From: a virus
Lineage: Duplodnaviria; Caudoviricetes
Reading direction: 5' to 3' (one strand)
Length of the DNA: 55,511 nucleotides
Virus record (IMG/VR): IMGVR_UViG_3300031673_016559
Location: 1 to 55,511 of that record
Shown: positions 1 to 8,160 of the stretch, one piece after another
How positions within the stretch are numbered: position 1 is the stretch's first letter
Layout: each line of letters opens with the position of its first letter
Program-made: the position numbers and the translations under genes
The notes under the pieces: generated by a model
Told to the model about the DNA's origin: nothing
Seen by the model: the letters and a program-made list of their open reading frames with translations, nothing else
Databases searched by the model: none

Positions 1-83
1 GATCTAGCCTCGCCTAGCGTTACTCGGAGGAGGCGGTTTGCTTTTTTGGAGCAAGGGGAATGCTGCGGACGGCCCCAAACGCC

Positions 84-123
84 AAAAAACGCCCCGATCC
101 GGCCAGATTGGCCGAATCGGGGC
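84..123 (-). terminator. Intrinsic terminator ending the late/lysis transcript
   Basis: GCCCCGATCCGGCCA-gat-TGGCCGAATCGGGGC hairpin (91-123) followed on the minus strand by a U-tract (A6 at 84-89), 18 nt after the last lysis gene. Confidence 0.8.
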
Positions 124-141
124 AGTTCGTTTGGTGTCAGC

Positions 142-429
142 TCATTCGCACTTTTTGGCCGCTGCCTTGAGCTGGTTTTCGTAATCGCGCCTCTGCTCGA
201 CCTCTGCCAGTATCGCCTTCGATTTATCGAAAGCTGATGCATCTGACGCGACCTCATCGACTGCCCACCGCGGTTCCGGCACGGCCTCAACATGGCATTC
301 CTCCCTGACAGGTATGGAAACCGGAGTGGCAACGAAGATTGGATCGACCGGCTTTTGATTTACGGGAGCGGACGTCGCGCAGGCTGCAAGCGTGCAGGTA
401 AAACAAAGCGCCGTTGAGCTCTTTTTCAT
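142..429 (-). CDS. o-spanin (Rz1-like outer-membrane lipoprotein)
   Basis: MKKSSTALCFTCTLAA|C lipobox, Pro-rich periplasmic part, ATGA overlap with the upstream i-spanin, last gene of the lysis cassette. Confidence 0.75.
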   Translation of the reverse strand: MKKSSTALCFTCTLAACATSAPVNQKPVDPIFVATPVSIPVREECHVEAVPEPRWAVDEVASDASAFDKSKAILAEVEQRRDYENQLKAAAKKCE

Positions 430-857
430 TTTGCGTGCCTCATCACGGTGTAGTCCGTCACCATCGCGCCCCAGGTCTTGCACCAGTCGACTCCCGCGAC
501 CTTCGCGAGAATCGCCGCCGTGCGCCCCTTGAACACGAGGCTTTGCGTCGCCGCGTCCCGCTTCGCCTGCTGCGCCTCGGCGGCCCTGCGATCGCGCTCG
601 GCCACCAGGGCGGCCACCGCTCTGTTCTGCGCTCCAACCTGCTCGGCGAAATGGGCGTTAGCGGCCGATAGCCCGGTGTTGGCCTCCATGCAAGTCGCTT
701 TCTCCTGCCCCATCGCGGTGATGGTCTTGGCCTTGGCGACGTTATCGGCGGTGAGCGCACTCATCTGGGTATGGTAATAGGCCCACAGCCCGCAGAATGA
801 CGCGGTGACCACCGCCAGCGCGAACAATTCCAGAATGATGCCTTGTTGCTTTTTCAT
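426..857 (-). CDS. i-spanin (Rz-like)
   Basis: Single N-terminal TM segment followed by an Ala/Gln-rich coiled coil; precedes a lipoprotein. Confidence 0.75.
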   Translation of the reverse strand: MKKQQGIILELFALAVVTASFCGLWAYYHTQMSALTADNVAKAKTITAMGQEKATCMEANTGLSAANAHFAEQVGAQNRAVAALVAERDRRAAEAQQAKRDAATQSLVFKGRTAAILAKVAGVDWCKTWGAMVTDYTVMRHAK

Positions 858-898
858 GGTCGTGTCCTTTGCGCCCGGCGCTAACCGGGCGCACTTGG

Positions 899-1345
899 CT
901 AGGCCGCTACCGGCGGCGATGCTGCGGCGGTTGTCAGCGCGGCCGTTACCGTGGCAACAGTTGCGTCGGGAGCGGCTGCCGCCGCGACGACCGCAGGTTG
1001 GGTCACCACCGCAACCGTCGCGGCCGCCGCTGGCGCGGCTGCAACCGCAGCGACCGCGGGCGACGCGGCGACCGCCGAGACAGTCGCGGGCGTCGCCGCT
1101 ACCTGCACGGCAACGACCACCGCTGCGGCCGGCACGGTGGGTTTCAGACCGAGCAGCTTCTTGATCAAGGCGAGCGCGTTGTGCAGCTCGGTGGCAAGCT
1201 GCTGCTCGAAGCCGACAGTCTTAGCTTCGGCTGCGGCGAAGGAAACCGTCGCGCCAGCGAACATCGAGTGCGCTTTGGCAAGCAGCAACTGCACTTCGGT
1301 TTCGGTGTTGCCCGCGAGAGCTACGTTTTTGACAATGATGTCCAT
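899..1345 (-). CDS. Hypothetical protein with Ala/Val/Thr/Pro low-complexity C-terminus
   Basis: Strong RBS (GGAGAG) before ATG at 1345; fills the gap between endolysin and i-spanin. Confidence 0.7.
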   Translation of the reverse strand: MDIIVKNVALAGNTETEVQLLLAKAHSMFAGATVSFAAAEAKTVGFEQQLATELHNALALIKKLLGLKPTVPAAAVVVAVQVAATPATVSAVAASPAVAAVAAAPAAAATVAVVTQPAVVAAAAAPDATVATVTAALTTAAASPPVAA

Positions 1346-1362
1346 GATATTCTCTCCAAAAA

Positions 1363-1962
1363 TTATGAGGTTTGCCGCCCGTTGCAGTCGATTGACGCTC
1401 CCCATTGGGCGAATCGAGGGGAGTGCTTGAAAATGATCAGCCTCGGGTATTGCCGGCTGTATTCGAAGTTCTTGGCGTTCTGGCCAGCGTTGATTTTCTC
1501 GGTCGCACCGAACCATTGGCCCGGCGTCCTCGAGCGTTTCTGCGCGCGCAGCACGTACCCGAGGCCCGCGTTGTAGCCTTTGAGCGCGGCACCCCATCCG
1601 TCACAAGGCGTCGCCGCCGCGACGTGCGCGAGGTTGTACGCATCCAGGCGCGTCATGGCGCGGATCGCCCAAAGCGGGTTGTACGGCTGCGGCTTGCCGA
1701 GATCCTTGAACTGCTGCGAGGCCCAGGTCGCCGTCGGGTCCATGAATTGCGCGAGGCCGCGCCCGTTGTCCCAGGCGGTGATGCCAGGACGCCAGGCCGA
1801 CTCCTGCTGGATCTGCCCGGCGAGGTAATCGATCGGCGCGGCGAGCCCGAAAACGAAATGGGCCTCGCGCGTCAGATCGGCCCGGTACTTGAGCGCGGCC
1901 GGTGGAACCTGGGCCAACGTAGACGGTGAGAACGCCAGCAGCACCAGGAGCGCAAGTCTCAC
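1363..1962 (-). CDS. Endolysin, SLT lytic transglycosylase with predicted signal peptide
   Basis: QQES catalytic Glu, GLAQFM and YNAG SLT motifs; GTG start overlaps the holin stop; N-terminus MRLALLVLLAFSPSTLA|Q. Confidence 0.88.
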   Translation of the reverse strand: MRLALLVLLAFSPSTLAQVPPAALKYRADLTREAHFVFGLAAPIDYLAGQIQQESAWRPGITAWDNGRGLAQFMDPTATWASQQFKDLGKPQPYNPLWAIRAMTRLDAYNLAHVAAATPCDGWGAALKGYNAGLGYVLRAQKRSRTPGQWFGATEKINAGQNAKNFEYSRQYPRLIIFKHSPRFAQWGASIDCNGRQTS

Positions 1963-2258
1963 AGCCCCGTTGCGACGGCGAGCATGGCCGCGGCCATCAC
2001 GATCGCCCGCCGAATGTGATAGATCGGACTGGTTAACGCGTCCGGCCTGGTGTCGTAGAACACGGTGCGGTCGAGCCAATAGCCCATGAAGCTCGCGACG
2101 GTGAGGTTGCCGAGCTTCCAGCACAGGGTTTGCAGTTGCGGCTGGCCCCCGAACACGTAGAGCGCTAGCACGTAGAAAACGATCGCAAGCGCCAGCCACT
2201 CGATCATGCGAAAGCGGTCGCCGACCGCAGCGACGATGACGGGCGGGATTGGAGTCAT
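1959..2258 (-). CDS. Putative holin (2/3-TM, Mu/D3112-like family)
   Basis: Hydrophobic segments plus GYWLDR...RRAIV motif, directly upstream of the endolysin. Confidence 0.8.
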   Translation of the reverse strand: MTPIPPVIVAAVGDRFRMIEWLALAIVFYVLALYVFGGQPQLQTLCWKLGNLTVASFMGYWLDRTVFYDTRPDALTSPIYHIRRAIVMAAAMLAVATGL

Positions 2259-2416
2259 AGTCGCCCCGTCAACTGCAGCACCACCAGGATGATAACCACG
2301 ATGCCCATGCCGCCGCTCGGATAGTAGCCGTAGCCGTGTTGCCAGGGGCCGACGCCGGGCGCGCCGACCAGCGCGCAAATGACCAGGATGATGACGATGA
2401 GCCAGGCGAGATTCAT
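2255..2416 (-). CDS. Small 2-TM membrane protein, DUF3309-like (53 aa, absent from the ORF track)
   Basis: Hand translation MNLAWLIVIILVICALVGAPGVGPWQHGYGYYPSGGMGIVVIILVVLQLTGRL; ATGA overlaps at both ends; GYxPSGG...LTGRL signature. Confidence 0.8.
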   Translation of the reverse strand: MNLAWLIVIILVICALVGAPGVGPWQHGYGYYPSGGMGIVVIILVVLQLTGRL

Positions 2417-2619
2417 GGTGGTGTTTCTCCTATTAAAACGATCGGCGCGTCATGTGCAGCGGCGCGTACGGCTTGGATCGCGGCCAGGCAATCCTCTTTT
2501 CGGTGCAGCACTTTCAGGCATCGCGCGATGATCTTGCCGTCCGGGCCGCGTATCCACCAATGCCATTTGCCGAAGGCTTGGAAATACTCGAACTGCGTGC
2601 GAGCGCCCTCGCTCCCCAC
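2413..2619 (-). CDS. YegP/DUF1508-like small protein
   Basis: FEYF..GKWHWWIRGPDGKIIA...KEDCLAAIQAV pattern matches the DUF1508 consensus. Confidence 0.7.
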   Translation of the reverse strand: MGSEGARTQFEYFQAFGKWHWWIRGPDGKIIARCLKVLHRKEDCLAAIQAVRAAAHDAPIVLIGETPP

Positions 2620-2622
2620 AGC

Positions 2623-3363
2623 CTACGGTTTCGTGACGACGGTGGTGGTCGAAGTCGGTGCAGCCTGCGCCTGCGTCGGAACGTACACCACCTGGGGCTG
2701 CGGTTGCGATTGCCTGCCCATGCCGGCGAACACCGCGATGATGACTGCCACCACCAGGCCGGCGCCCCCGAGCAGAACGCCCCAGGAGGCATTTATCCCC
2801 TCGGTCTTGCCGCTGCTGCTCGACTGTTGGCGCAGCAGGGATTTCATGTCGGCCATGAATTCGGCCATCATCGGGTCGGCCACGCGGCCCTTGCCGATGC
2901 CCTCGTAGGACGATTTTTCCAGCGCGGCGATGCGCTCGGTGATCCCGGCCACGGTCCCTGCCTGTTGCGCGGCCATCGTCGCCGCGACGTCCGCGGTTTG
3001 CTTGGCCATCGTCGCCGCCGTCGCCTGCAGGTCAGTGCGCAATTTTTCAGCGTTGGCTGCGGTGGTCGCCGCCAGCACTCGAATGGCGTCCGCCGCCGAA
3101 GCTGCCGCGAGCGCGCCGTTTTGCACGTCCACCTGTCGAATGGCATCGAGGCGGCTCGACTCCATCCGGTTTAGCTCAACCGCGTGCTCCGCGCGCAGCG
3201 ACTCGGTAAGACGGACGTGCATCAGCTCCGCCTCCAAGAAACGGTCCTGGGCCAATCGCAGGTCGTCCTGCCGTTTTACCGCGGCCTCGACCAGAGCCAG
3301 CACGTTTTCAGTCGGGTCGATGTTCGCGTCCACGGTGCGCCTGTCACGACGTGCTGGTGTCAT
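2623..3363 (-). CDS. Coiled-coil protein with C-terminal TM helix (XhlA-like position upstream of the holin)
   Basis: RBS GGAGGG before ATG 3363; Ala-rich heptads, TM segment WGVLLGGAGLVVAVIIAVFAG. Confidence 0.7.
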   Translation of the reverse strand: MTPARRDRRTVDANIDPTENVLALVEAAVKRQDDLRLAQDRFLEAELMHVRLTESLRAEHAVELNRMESSRLDAIRQVDVQNGALAAASAADAIRVLAATTAANAEKLRTDLQATAATMAKQTADVAATMAAQQAGTVAGITERIAALEKSSYEGIGKGRVADPMMAEFMADMKSLLRQQSSSSGKTEGINASWGVLLGGAGLVVAVIIAVFAGMGRQSQPQPQVVYVPTQAQAAPTSTTTVVTKP

Positions 3364-3395
3364 ATTGCCCTCCAAAGGTGACCCGGCGCGCGCCA

Positions 3396-6300
3396 TTACG
3401 CGTTCCAGGGCAAATAGCCGGATGGCGGGGCGTAGGTGAACGCCGAGCTGCCGGAATTGATGCCAACCGACGTGGTGCCGCTGGACGACCACACCGCAGC
3501 GGCAGGGCAATAACTTCCCGCGGCGATCGCATAGGGCGACCCCTGCAACACGTTGTTGATCGCGAACTGAATCGTGAGCGCGCCGAAATCCACCATCATG
3601 CCTACCACGGCACCGGCGCTGAAATACGCCCCTTCGCTGGTGGCCGCTCCGCCGTGTAGGATCAGGCCGCCGCCGCCGCCCGTTCCCATGTAGCCATAGC
3701 CATTTGCATCGACGCCAATATAATTTCCGTCGCCCAACGGCTGCGCCGACTGCGCCATGCCGACGATAAGGTGGTATTTCGCGCCGTCGATGGCAGCAAA
3801 TTCGCAATATCGTTTGCCCGTCGACGCGAACGCCGTTGACAGCACCGGATCCCACATACTGCCGCTCAGCGTTGCATCTATCGTCGCGATCGAATTGCCG
3901 CTGCTCAATGCAACGTGAGTATTTTTTGCCGCTGGATCGAAGGTCACCGGCGCAATGGGTGTTGGGGTGCCAAGATAGCGGACCACGACGATGCCAGAGC
4001 CACCGGCCCCGCCGGTCGCGGTGTGCGAACCACCACCACCGCCGCCGGTGTTCGCGGTGCCGTCGGTGCCGTTGATGTTGTAATAGCTGCCACCCGCACC
4101 GCCGCCGCCAATGCCGCCCACCGCTGCGGTTCCGCTCGCGTTGACGTGTCCGCCGCCGCCGCCGCCTGCGTAATAAACAGCGGTTCCGGTGATGCTGTTC
4201 GATACTCCTGCACCGCCCGCGCCGGAAACATTCGCCATGGCGTTAAAGCCGACTGCTCCCGCGCCGCCGCCACCGCTCGCGGACACATTCACGCCGTCCC
4301 AATAGCCGCTGCCGCCCGCGTTTCCTTGCCCCGCGATGCCAGCGGTGCCCGCCGGCGAATAGTGCGGCGTCGTGTGGTCGCCGTTGTCCCAACCGCCCGC
4401 ACCTGAACCACCGACGGTGGGGTCAACCCACGCCCCGCTAACATAGTCCGATGCGTGGCCGCCGCCCGTGGCCGTCACGATTCCGAAGGACGAATCACCG
4501 CCCGATGAATGGGTCGCGCCAGTGCCGACCGTCACGGCGTAAGCTCCGGCGGTGACCGGATACGCGGAATTTGTCAGGATGCCACCGCCGCCGCCACCAC
4601 CACCAGGTGCGCCGCCGCCGCCACCCGCTCCGCCCGCGGCGACGATCAGATATTCCACGTTGCCGGCGCCGCTTAACACTGTGAACATGTCTGCCGCCGC
4701 GAACGTGTGAACGGTGTACGCACCAGACCTCGTGATCGTGCCGCCCGTGGCAACGATCGGTGCTGTCGAATAGCGAACCACGACAATGCCAGAACCGCCC
4801 GAACCGCCGTTGCCGGTATGCGAAGCACCACCGCCGCCGCCCGTGTTCGCGACGCCATCGGAACCATTCGCGATAGATGGATTCGCGCCGTTGCCGCCAC
4901 CGCCAGCTCCACCGGCCCCGGCGGCTGCCCCTTGAACCGTCGCAGTACCACCCCCACCGCCCGCGTACATTGTCGGGGTGCCGGTGATGCTGCTCGATAA
5001 CCCGGCGCCACCCGCGCCGGAATTCCAAGCGACGGCCGACGCGCCGGCTGCACCAGCACCGCCGCCGCCGGCCGACGGGTAACCAACACCACCGCCGCTA
5101 GTCGCACCGGAACCGGTGCCGCCCGCGTTCCCTTGGCCAGCCGTGCCCGCCGCGCCGGTCGATCCGCTCGGGTATCCCGCACCATAACCGCCACCGCCGC
5201 CAGACCCGCCGACCGATGGCAAAAGCAATGGCGAATAGTTGTCGCCGTGGCCTCCGCCGATGGCCCTGAGCGTGTCGAAAACCGAATCCCCGCCGTTGGT
5301 GTACGGCGCTCCACCAGCCCCGACGGTCACGGCGTAACTGCCGACGCTTACCTGCTCGGTCGCGGCTAAAAATCCTCCACCACCACCCCCGCCGCCCGGC
5401 GCCCCGTTGCCGCCCGCCCCGCCGCCGCCGCCGACGACGAGACATTCAACGTAGCCCCTGCCGCCGATGACCTCGAACGTGCCGCCCGCCGTAAACGTGT
5501 GAACGGTGTACGCACCTGACGTCGTGATCGTGCCACCGACCGCAACGATGGGCGGGGCCAGATAGCGGAGAATAACCACGCCACTTCCGCCAGCGCCGCC
5601 GTTGCCGGACGTCCCGGAAATCCAACCGCCGCCGCCACCACCGCCCCCGGTATTCGCTGCGCCATTCGCGCCGGCAGTACCGGAAACGCCGCCCGTGCCG
5701 CCGCCGCCTGATCCGCCCGCGCCACCGTTGCCGCCGCCACCACCGCCCGCGTAATATGTCGCCGCGCCGCTAATGGTGTAACTGCGCCCGATGCCGCCGT
5801 CGCCGCCGATTGACGTCGTGCCATCAGCGCCCACAGCGCCAGCACCGCCGCCCCCGCCGCCGCCGATCACGCCAGCAAACGCGCTTTGATGCCCGCCGGC
5901 GTTGCCGTAGCCCAAACCTCCGCCGGAATTTCCTTGTGTCGACGCGCCCGGCGTCCCGGTGTAATTATTGGCGCCGCCAGAACCGCCCGAACCGCCGTCG
6001 CCGCCGACGCCGCCCGAATAATTGCCGCCACCACCGCCGCCAACGGCGGTGATCGTGTCGAACGTGGAATCGCCACCAGACGGGGCGGCCGTTGACCCCG
6101 TGCCGGTCGAACCGGCACCGCCGGCACCGACCGTCACCGTGTACGCGCCAGCGGTCATTGCACGCGCCGCTTGATAAACAAGGCCGCCGGCACCGCCGCC
6201 CGGCCCGCCGCCATTTCCCCAACCGCCGCCGCCGCCGGCGGCGACCACCAGGCACTCCACGTTGCCGCTGCCGCTGGTAATGTTGAACGTGCCGCCAGCG

Positions 6301-7217
6301 GTGAACGTGTGAACGAGATAGGCGCCGTCAACGGTGACGGTGCCGCCGGTCGCCATAATTCCGGTGCTTGGGCCACCAACGCCCGTCAGGTAGCGGATAA
6401 CAACAACGCCAGAACCGCCGACGAACCCCACGCCGCCCGAGCCACCACCGCCCAGGCCATTCGTGCCGTTGGCGCCTGAACCGCCTCCGCCTGTGGCCGT
6501 GCCATAGAGGTCGCCACCCGCCGCGGTGAGCCCGGCGCCCGCACCACCGCCGGCATAGGTGACCGAAGCCCCTGAGATCGAGTTGGCGATTCCGTTCCCG
6601 CCATTGCCCGGCGTCTGTTGGGTGCTAGCGGCATTGGTGCCGGTGGCGTCTGTCCCGTTCCCGCCCGCTCCACCGCCGCCGCCGCCCGCAACCCACCCGC
6701 CCGTTCCTGCTCCGTAGATGGATTTGCCGCCGTTGCTGCCTTGCGTGCCAGCCCCGCCGAGTCCTGCCGCCCCGCCGGTCGTGCCGTCCGTGGCGCCCCC
6801 GCCGCCGCAACCCCCACTAGCACCATTCGCAACAGGAGGCGCGTTATATTGACCTCCGTGGCCGCCGCCATAGGCGGTAATCGCGTCGAAACTGGAATTG
6901 CCGCCGTTCGTGTTGATCGCACCGCCGGCTCCGACAACCACGGTGTAGGCACCAGCGGTAAGGGGCACGCCTGCTGTAAATTGATAACCGCCGCCGCCGC
7001 CACCACCATCACGAAGCGCACCACCGCCGCCGCCACCGCCCCCAACCACCAACACGTCGGCGGAGCCGCTCCCGCTTATGACGGTGAACGTGCCACCCGC
7101 GGTGAACGTGTGCACCGTGTAGAGGCCGTCCGTCGTGACGGTGCCGCCGGCAGCCACAAAGCTAATCGGCGCCGCACCCCTGAACAGCGCGGCGATGAGC
7201 TGTTGCAAAATGCCCAT
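3396..7217 (-). CDS. Giant glycine-rich tail adhesin: four ~265-aa polyglycine domains plus C-terminal SPRY/B30.2-like domain
   Basis: Repeated ATGGT.T..G.Y.VHTF...GGSG.VV.RY units; C-terminal TFDP...GKRYCEF...VVGMMVDF...PPSGYLPW. Confidence 0.85.
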   Translation of the reverse strand: MGILQQLIAALFRGAAPISFVAAGGTVTTDGLYTVHTFTAGGTFTVISGSGSADVLVVGGGGGGGGALRDGGGGGGGYQFTAGVPLTAGAYTVVVGAGGAINTNGGNSSFDAITAYGGGHGGQYNAPPVANGASGGCGGGGATDGTTGGAAGLGGAGTQGSNGGKSIYGAGTGGWVAGGGGGGAGGNGTDATGTNAASTQQTPGNGGNGIANSISGASVTYAGGGAGAGLTAAGGDLYGTATGGGGSGANGTNGLGGGGSGGVGFVGGSGVVVIRYLTGVGGPSTGIMATGGTVTVDGAYLVHTFTAGGTFNITSGSGNVECLVVAAGGGGGWGNGGGPGGGAGGLVYQAARAMTAGAYTVTVGAGGAGSTGTGSTAAPSGGDSTFDTITAVGGGGGGNYSGGVGGDGGSGGSGGANNYTGTPGASTQGNSGGGLGYGNAGGHQSAFAGVIGGGGGGGAGAVGADGTTSIGGDGGIGRSYTISGAATYYAGGGGGGNGGAGGSGGGGTGGVSGTAGANGAANTGGGGGGGGWISGTSGNGGAGGSGVVILRYLAPPIVAVGGTITTSGAYTVHTFTAGGTFEVIGGRGYVECLVVGGGGGAGGNGAPGGGGGGGGFLAATEQVSVGSYAVTVGAGGAPYTNGGDSVFDTLRAIGGGHGDNYSPLLLPSVGGSGGGGGYGAGYPSGSTGAAGTAGQGNAGGTGSGATSGGGVGYPSAGGGGAGAAGASAVAWNSGAGGAGLSSSITGTPTMYAGGGGGTATVQGAAAGAGGAGGGGNGANPSIANGSDGVANTGGGGGASHTGNGGSGGSGIVVVRYSTAPIVATGGTITRSGAYTVHTFAAADMFTVLSGAGNVEYLIVAAGGAGGGGGAPGGGGGGGGILTNSAYPVTAGAYAVTVGTGATHSSGGDSSFGIVTATGGGHASDYVSGAWVDPTVGGSGAGGWDNGDHTTPHYSPAGTAGIAGQGNAGGSGYWDGVNVSASGGGGAGAVGFNAMANVSGAGGAGVSNSITGTAVYYAGGGGGGHVNASGTAAVGGIGGGGAGGSYYNINGTDGTANTGGGGGGSHTATGGAGGSGIVVVRYLGTPTPIAPVTFDPAAKNTHVALSSGNSIATIDATLSGSMWDPVLSTAFASTGKRYCEFAAIDGAKYHLIVGMAQSAQPLGDGNYIGVDANGYGYMGTGGGGGLILHGGAATSEGAYFSAGAVVGMMVDFGALTIQFAINNVLQGSPYAIAAGSYCPAAAVWSSSGTTSVGINSGSSAFTYAPPSGYLPWNA
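3960..7160 (-). repeat. Four diverged tandem ~800-nt domain repeats within the Gly-rich gene
   Basis: Repeat starts near 7157, 6359, 5549 and 4757. Confidence 0.85.
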
Positions 7218-7218
7218 A

Positions 7219-8151
7219 TCAGGTCAGCCCGGTTCCCGAAATAAGCCACTCTGTCGCCGCCACTTTCAAGGCCGTTGCGATCCCGTTGGCCGCGAGCGTT
7301 CTGCTTCCGGTGGTGCCTGGGCCCGCCAGTCGCATCGTGTCGGCGTTTATCGCAATGGTTATGACGCCGCCGCCGTCCTGGTTCACGAACGAGATCGCCG
7401 TGCCAATCGGGTACGGGACCGTGGCGTTGGCGTCAATGGTGAAAATGCGCGCCGTGGTATCCGCCGAGGGGTGCAAAAGGTGCTTGCCCGAGTCCGCCAG
7501 GACGGTGGTGTAATTCGCGCTCTGCGAATTTTGCGGAGCGTTCAGGTAGCCGACGTTATTTGAGCCGGCCAGCGCGCTCAGCGCGACGCCGCTGTCCTTG
7601 ATGATCGTGCCCGTCGTGCCGTCGAACAATGCGATCGCGGCATCCACCGCGATCGACGGACCCGTGACATTCCCCGTACCGGTGCCCGAGGCGCCGGTTG
7701 CTCCCGTTGCCCCGGTCGCGCCGGTTGCACCGGTTGCGCCCGTCGGCCCTGTTGGGCCAGTCGGCCCCGCCGGCCCGGTCGGCCCCGCTGGACCCGCCAG
7801 GGTGTTGATGCCGAGGGTGGTGCGGTAATCGGTGTACGCGGTGACCACACCGCCTGCGGTGACCACCGTGTAGAGCGGCCAACGACCGCCAGTGAACGCG
7901 CTGGTGTTCTGGTAAAGAACGCCCGCATTGTCGCACTCGATGTAGCTGGTGGAGTTGTCGGGGAGCGTCAGCGTGCCGTCGGCAATGTTGGCGTAGGTCT
8001 GCGGAAAGATGCCGCCGTAGTAGCCCCAGGTGAGGCCCGCTGTCGTCGGCGCTTTGCGCGCGAACAGGGAGTTCGGCGCCACCGCGTCGAAATTCTCGTT
8101 GATCTGCACCTCGGGCGAGGCCGAGGCGTTGATGGTTTGGAGTCTTGACAT
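7219..8151 (-). CDS. Tail fibre with short collagen-like segment
   Basis: GPAGPT/GAT Gly-X-Y run (~7690-7795); follows the central tail tip gene; C-terminal beta domain typical of fibre tips. Confidence 0.75.
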   Translation of the reverse strand: MSRLQTINASASPEVQINENFDAVAPNSLFARKAPTTAGLTWGYYGGIFPQTYANIADGTLTLPDNSTSYIECDNAGVLYQNTSAFTGGRWPLYTVVTAGGVVTAYTDYRTTLGINTLAGPAGPTGPAGPTGPTGPTGATGATGATGATGATGASGTGTGNVTGPSIAVDAAIALFDGTTGTIIKDSGVALSALAGSNNVGYLNAPQNSQSANYTTVLADSGKHLLHPSADTTARIFTIDANATVPYPIGTAISFVNQDGGGVITIAINADTMRLAGPGTTGSRTLAANGIATALKVAATEWLISGTGLT

Positions 8152-8160
8152 TTCGGTGTC

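Noticed and set aside
1-140. attL/attR direct repeat matching the 47140-47250 region
   Set aside because: No convincing shared core found by eye; serine-integrase cores are very short and the left end may lie outside the window
2623-3855. Longest-ORF starts in the track (3855, 2199, 1597, 24410, 26649, 33250, 35589, 41691)
   Set aside because: They overlap upstream genes; downstream starts with RBS or stop/start coupling fit better
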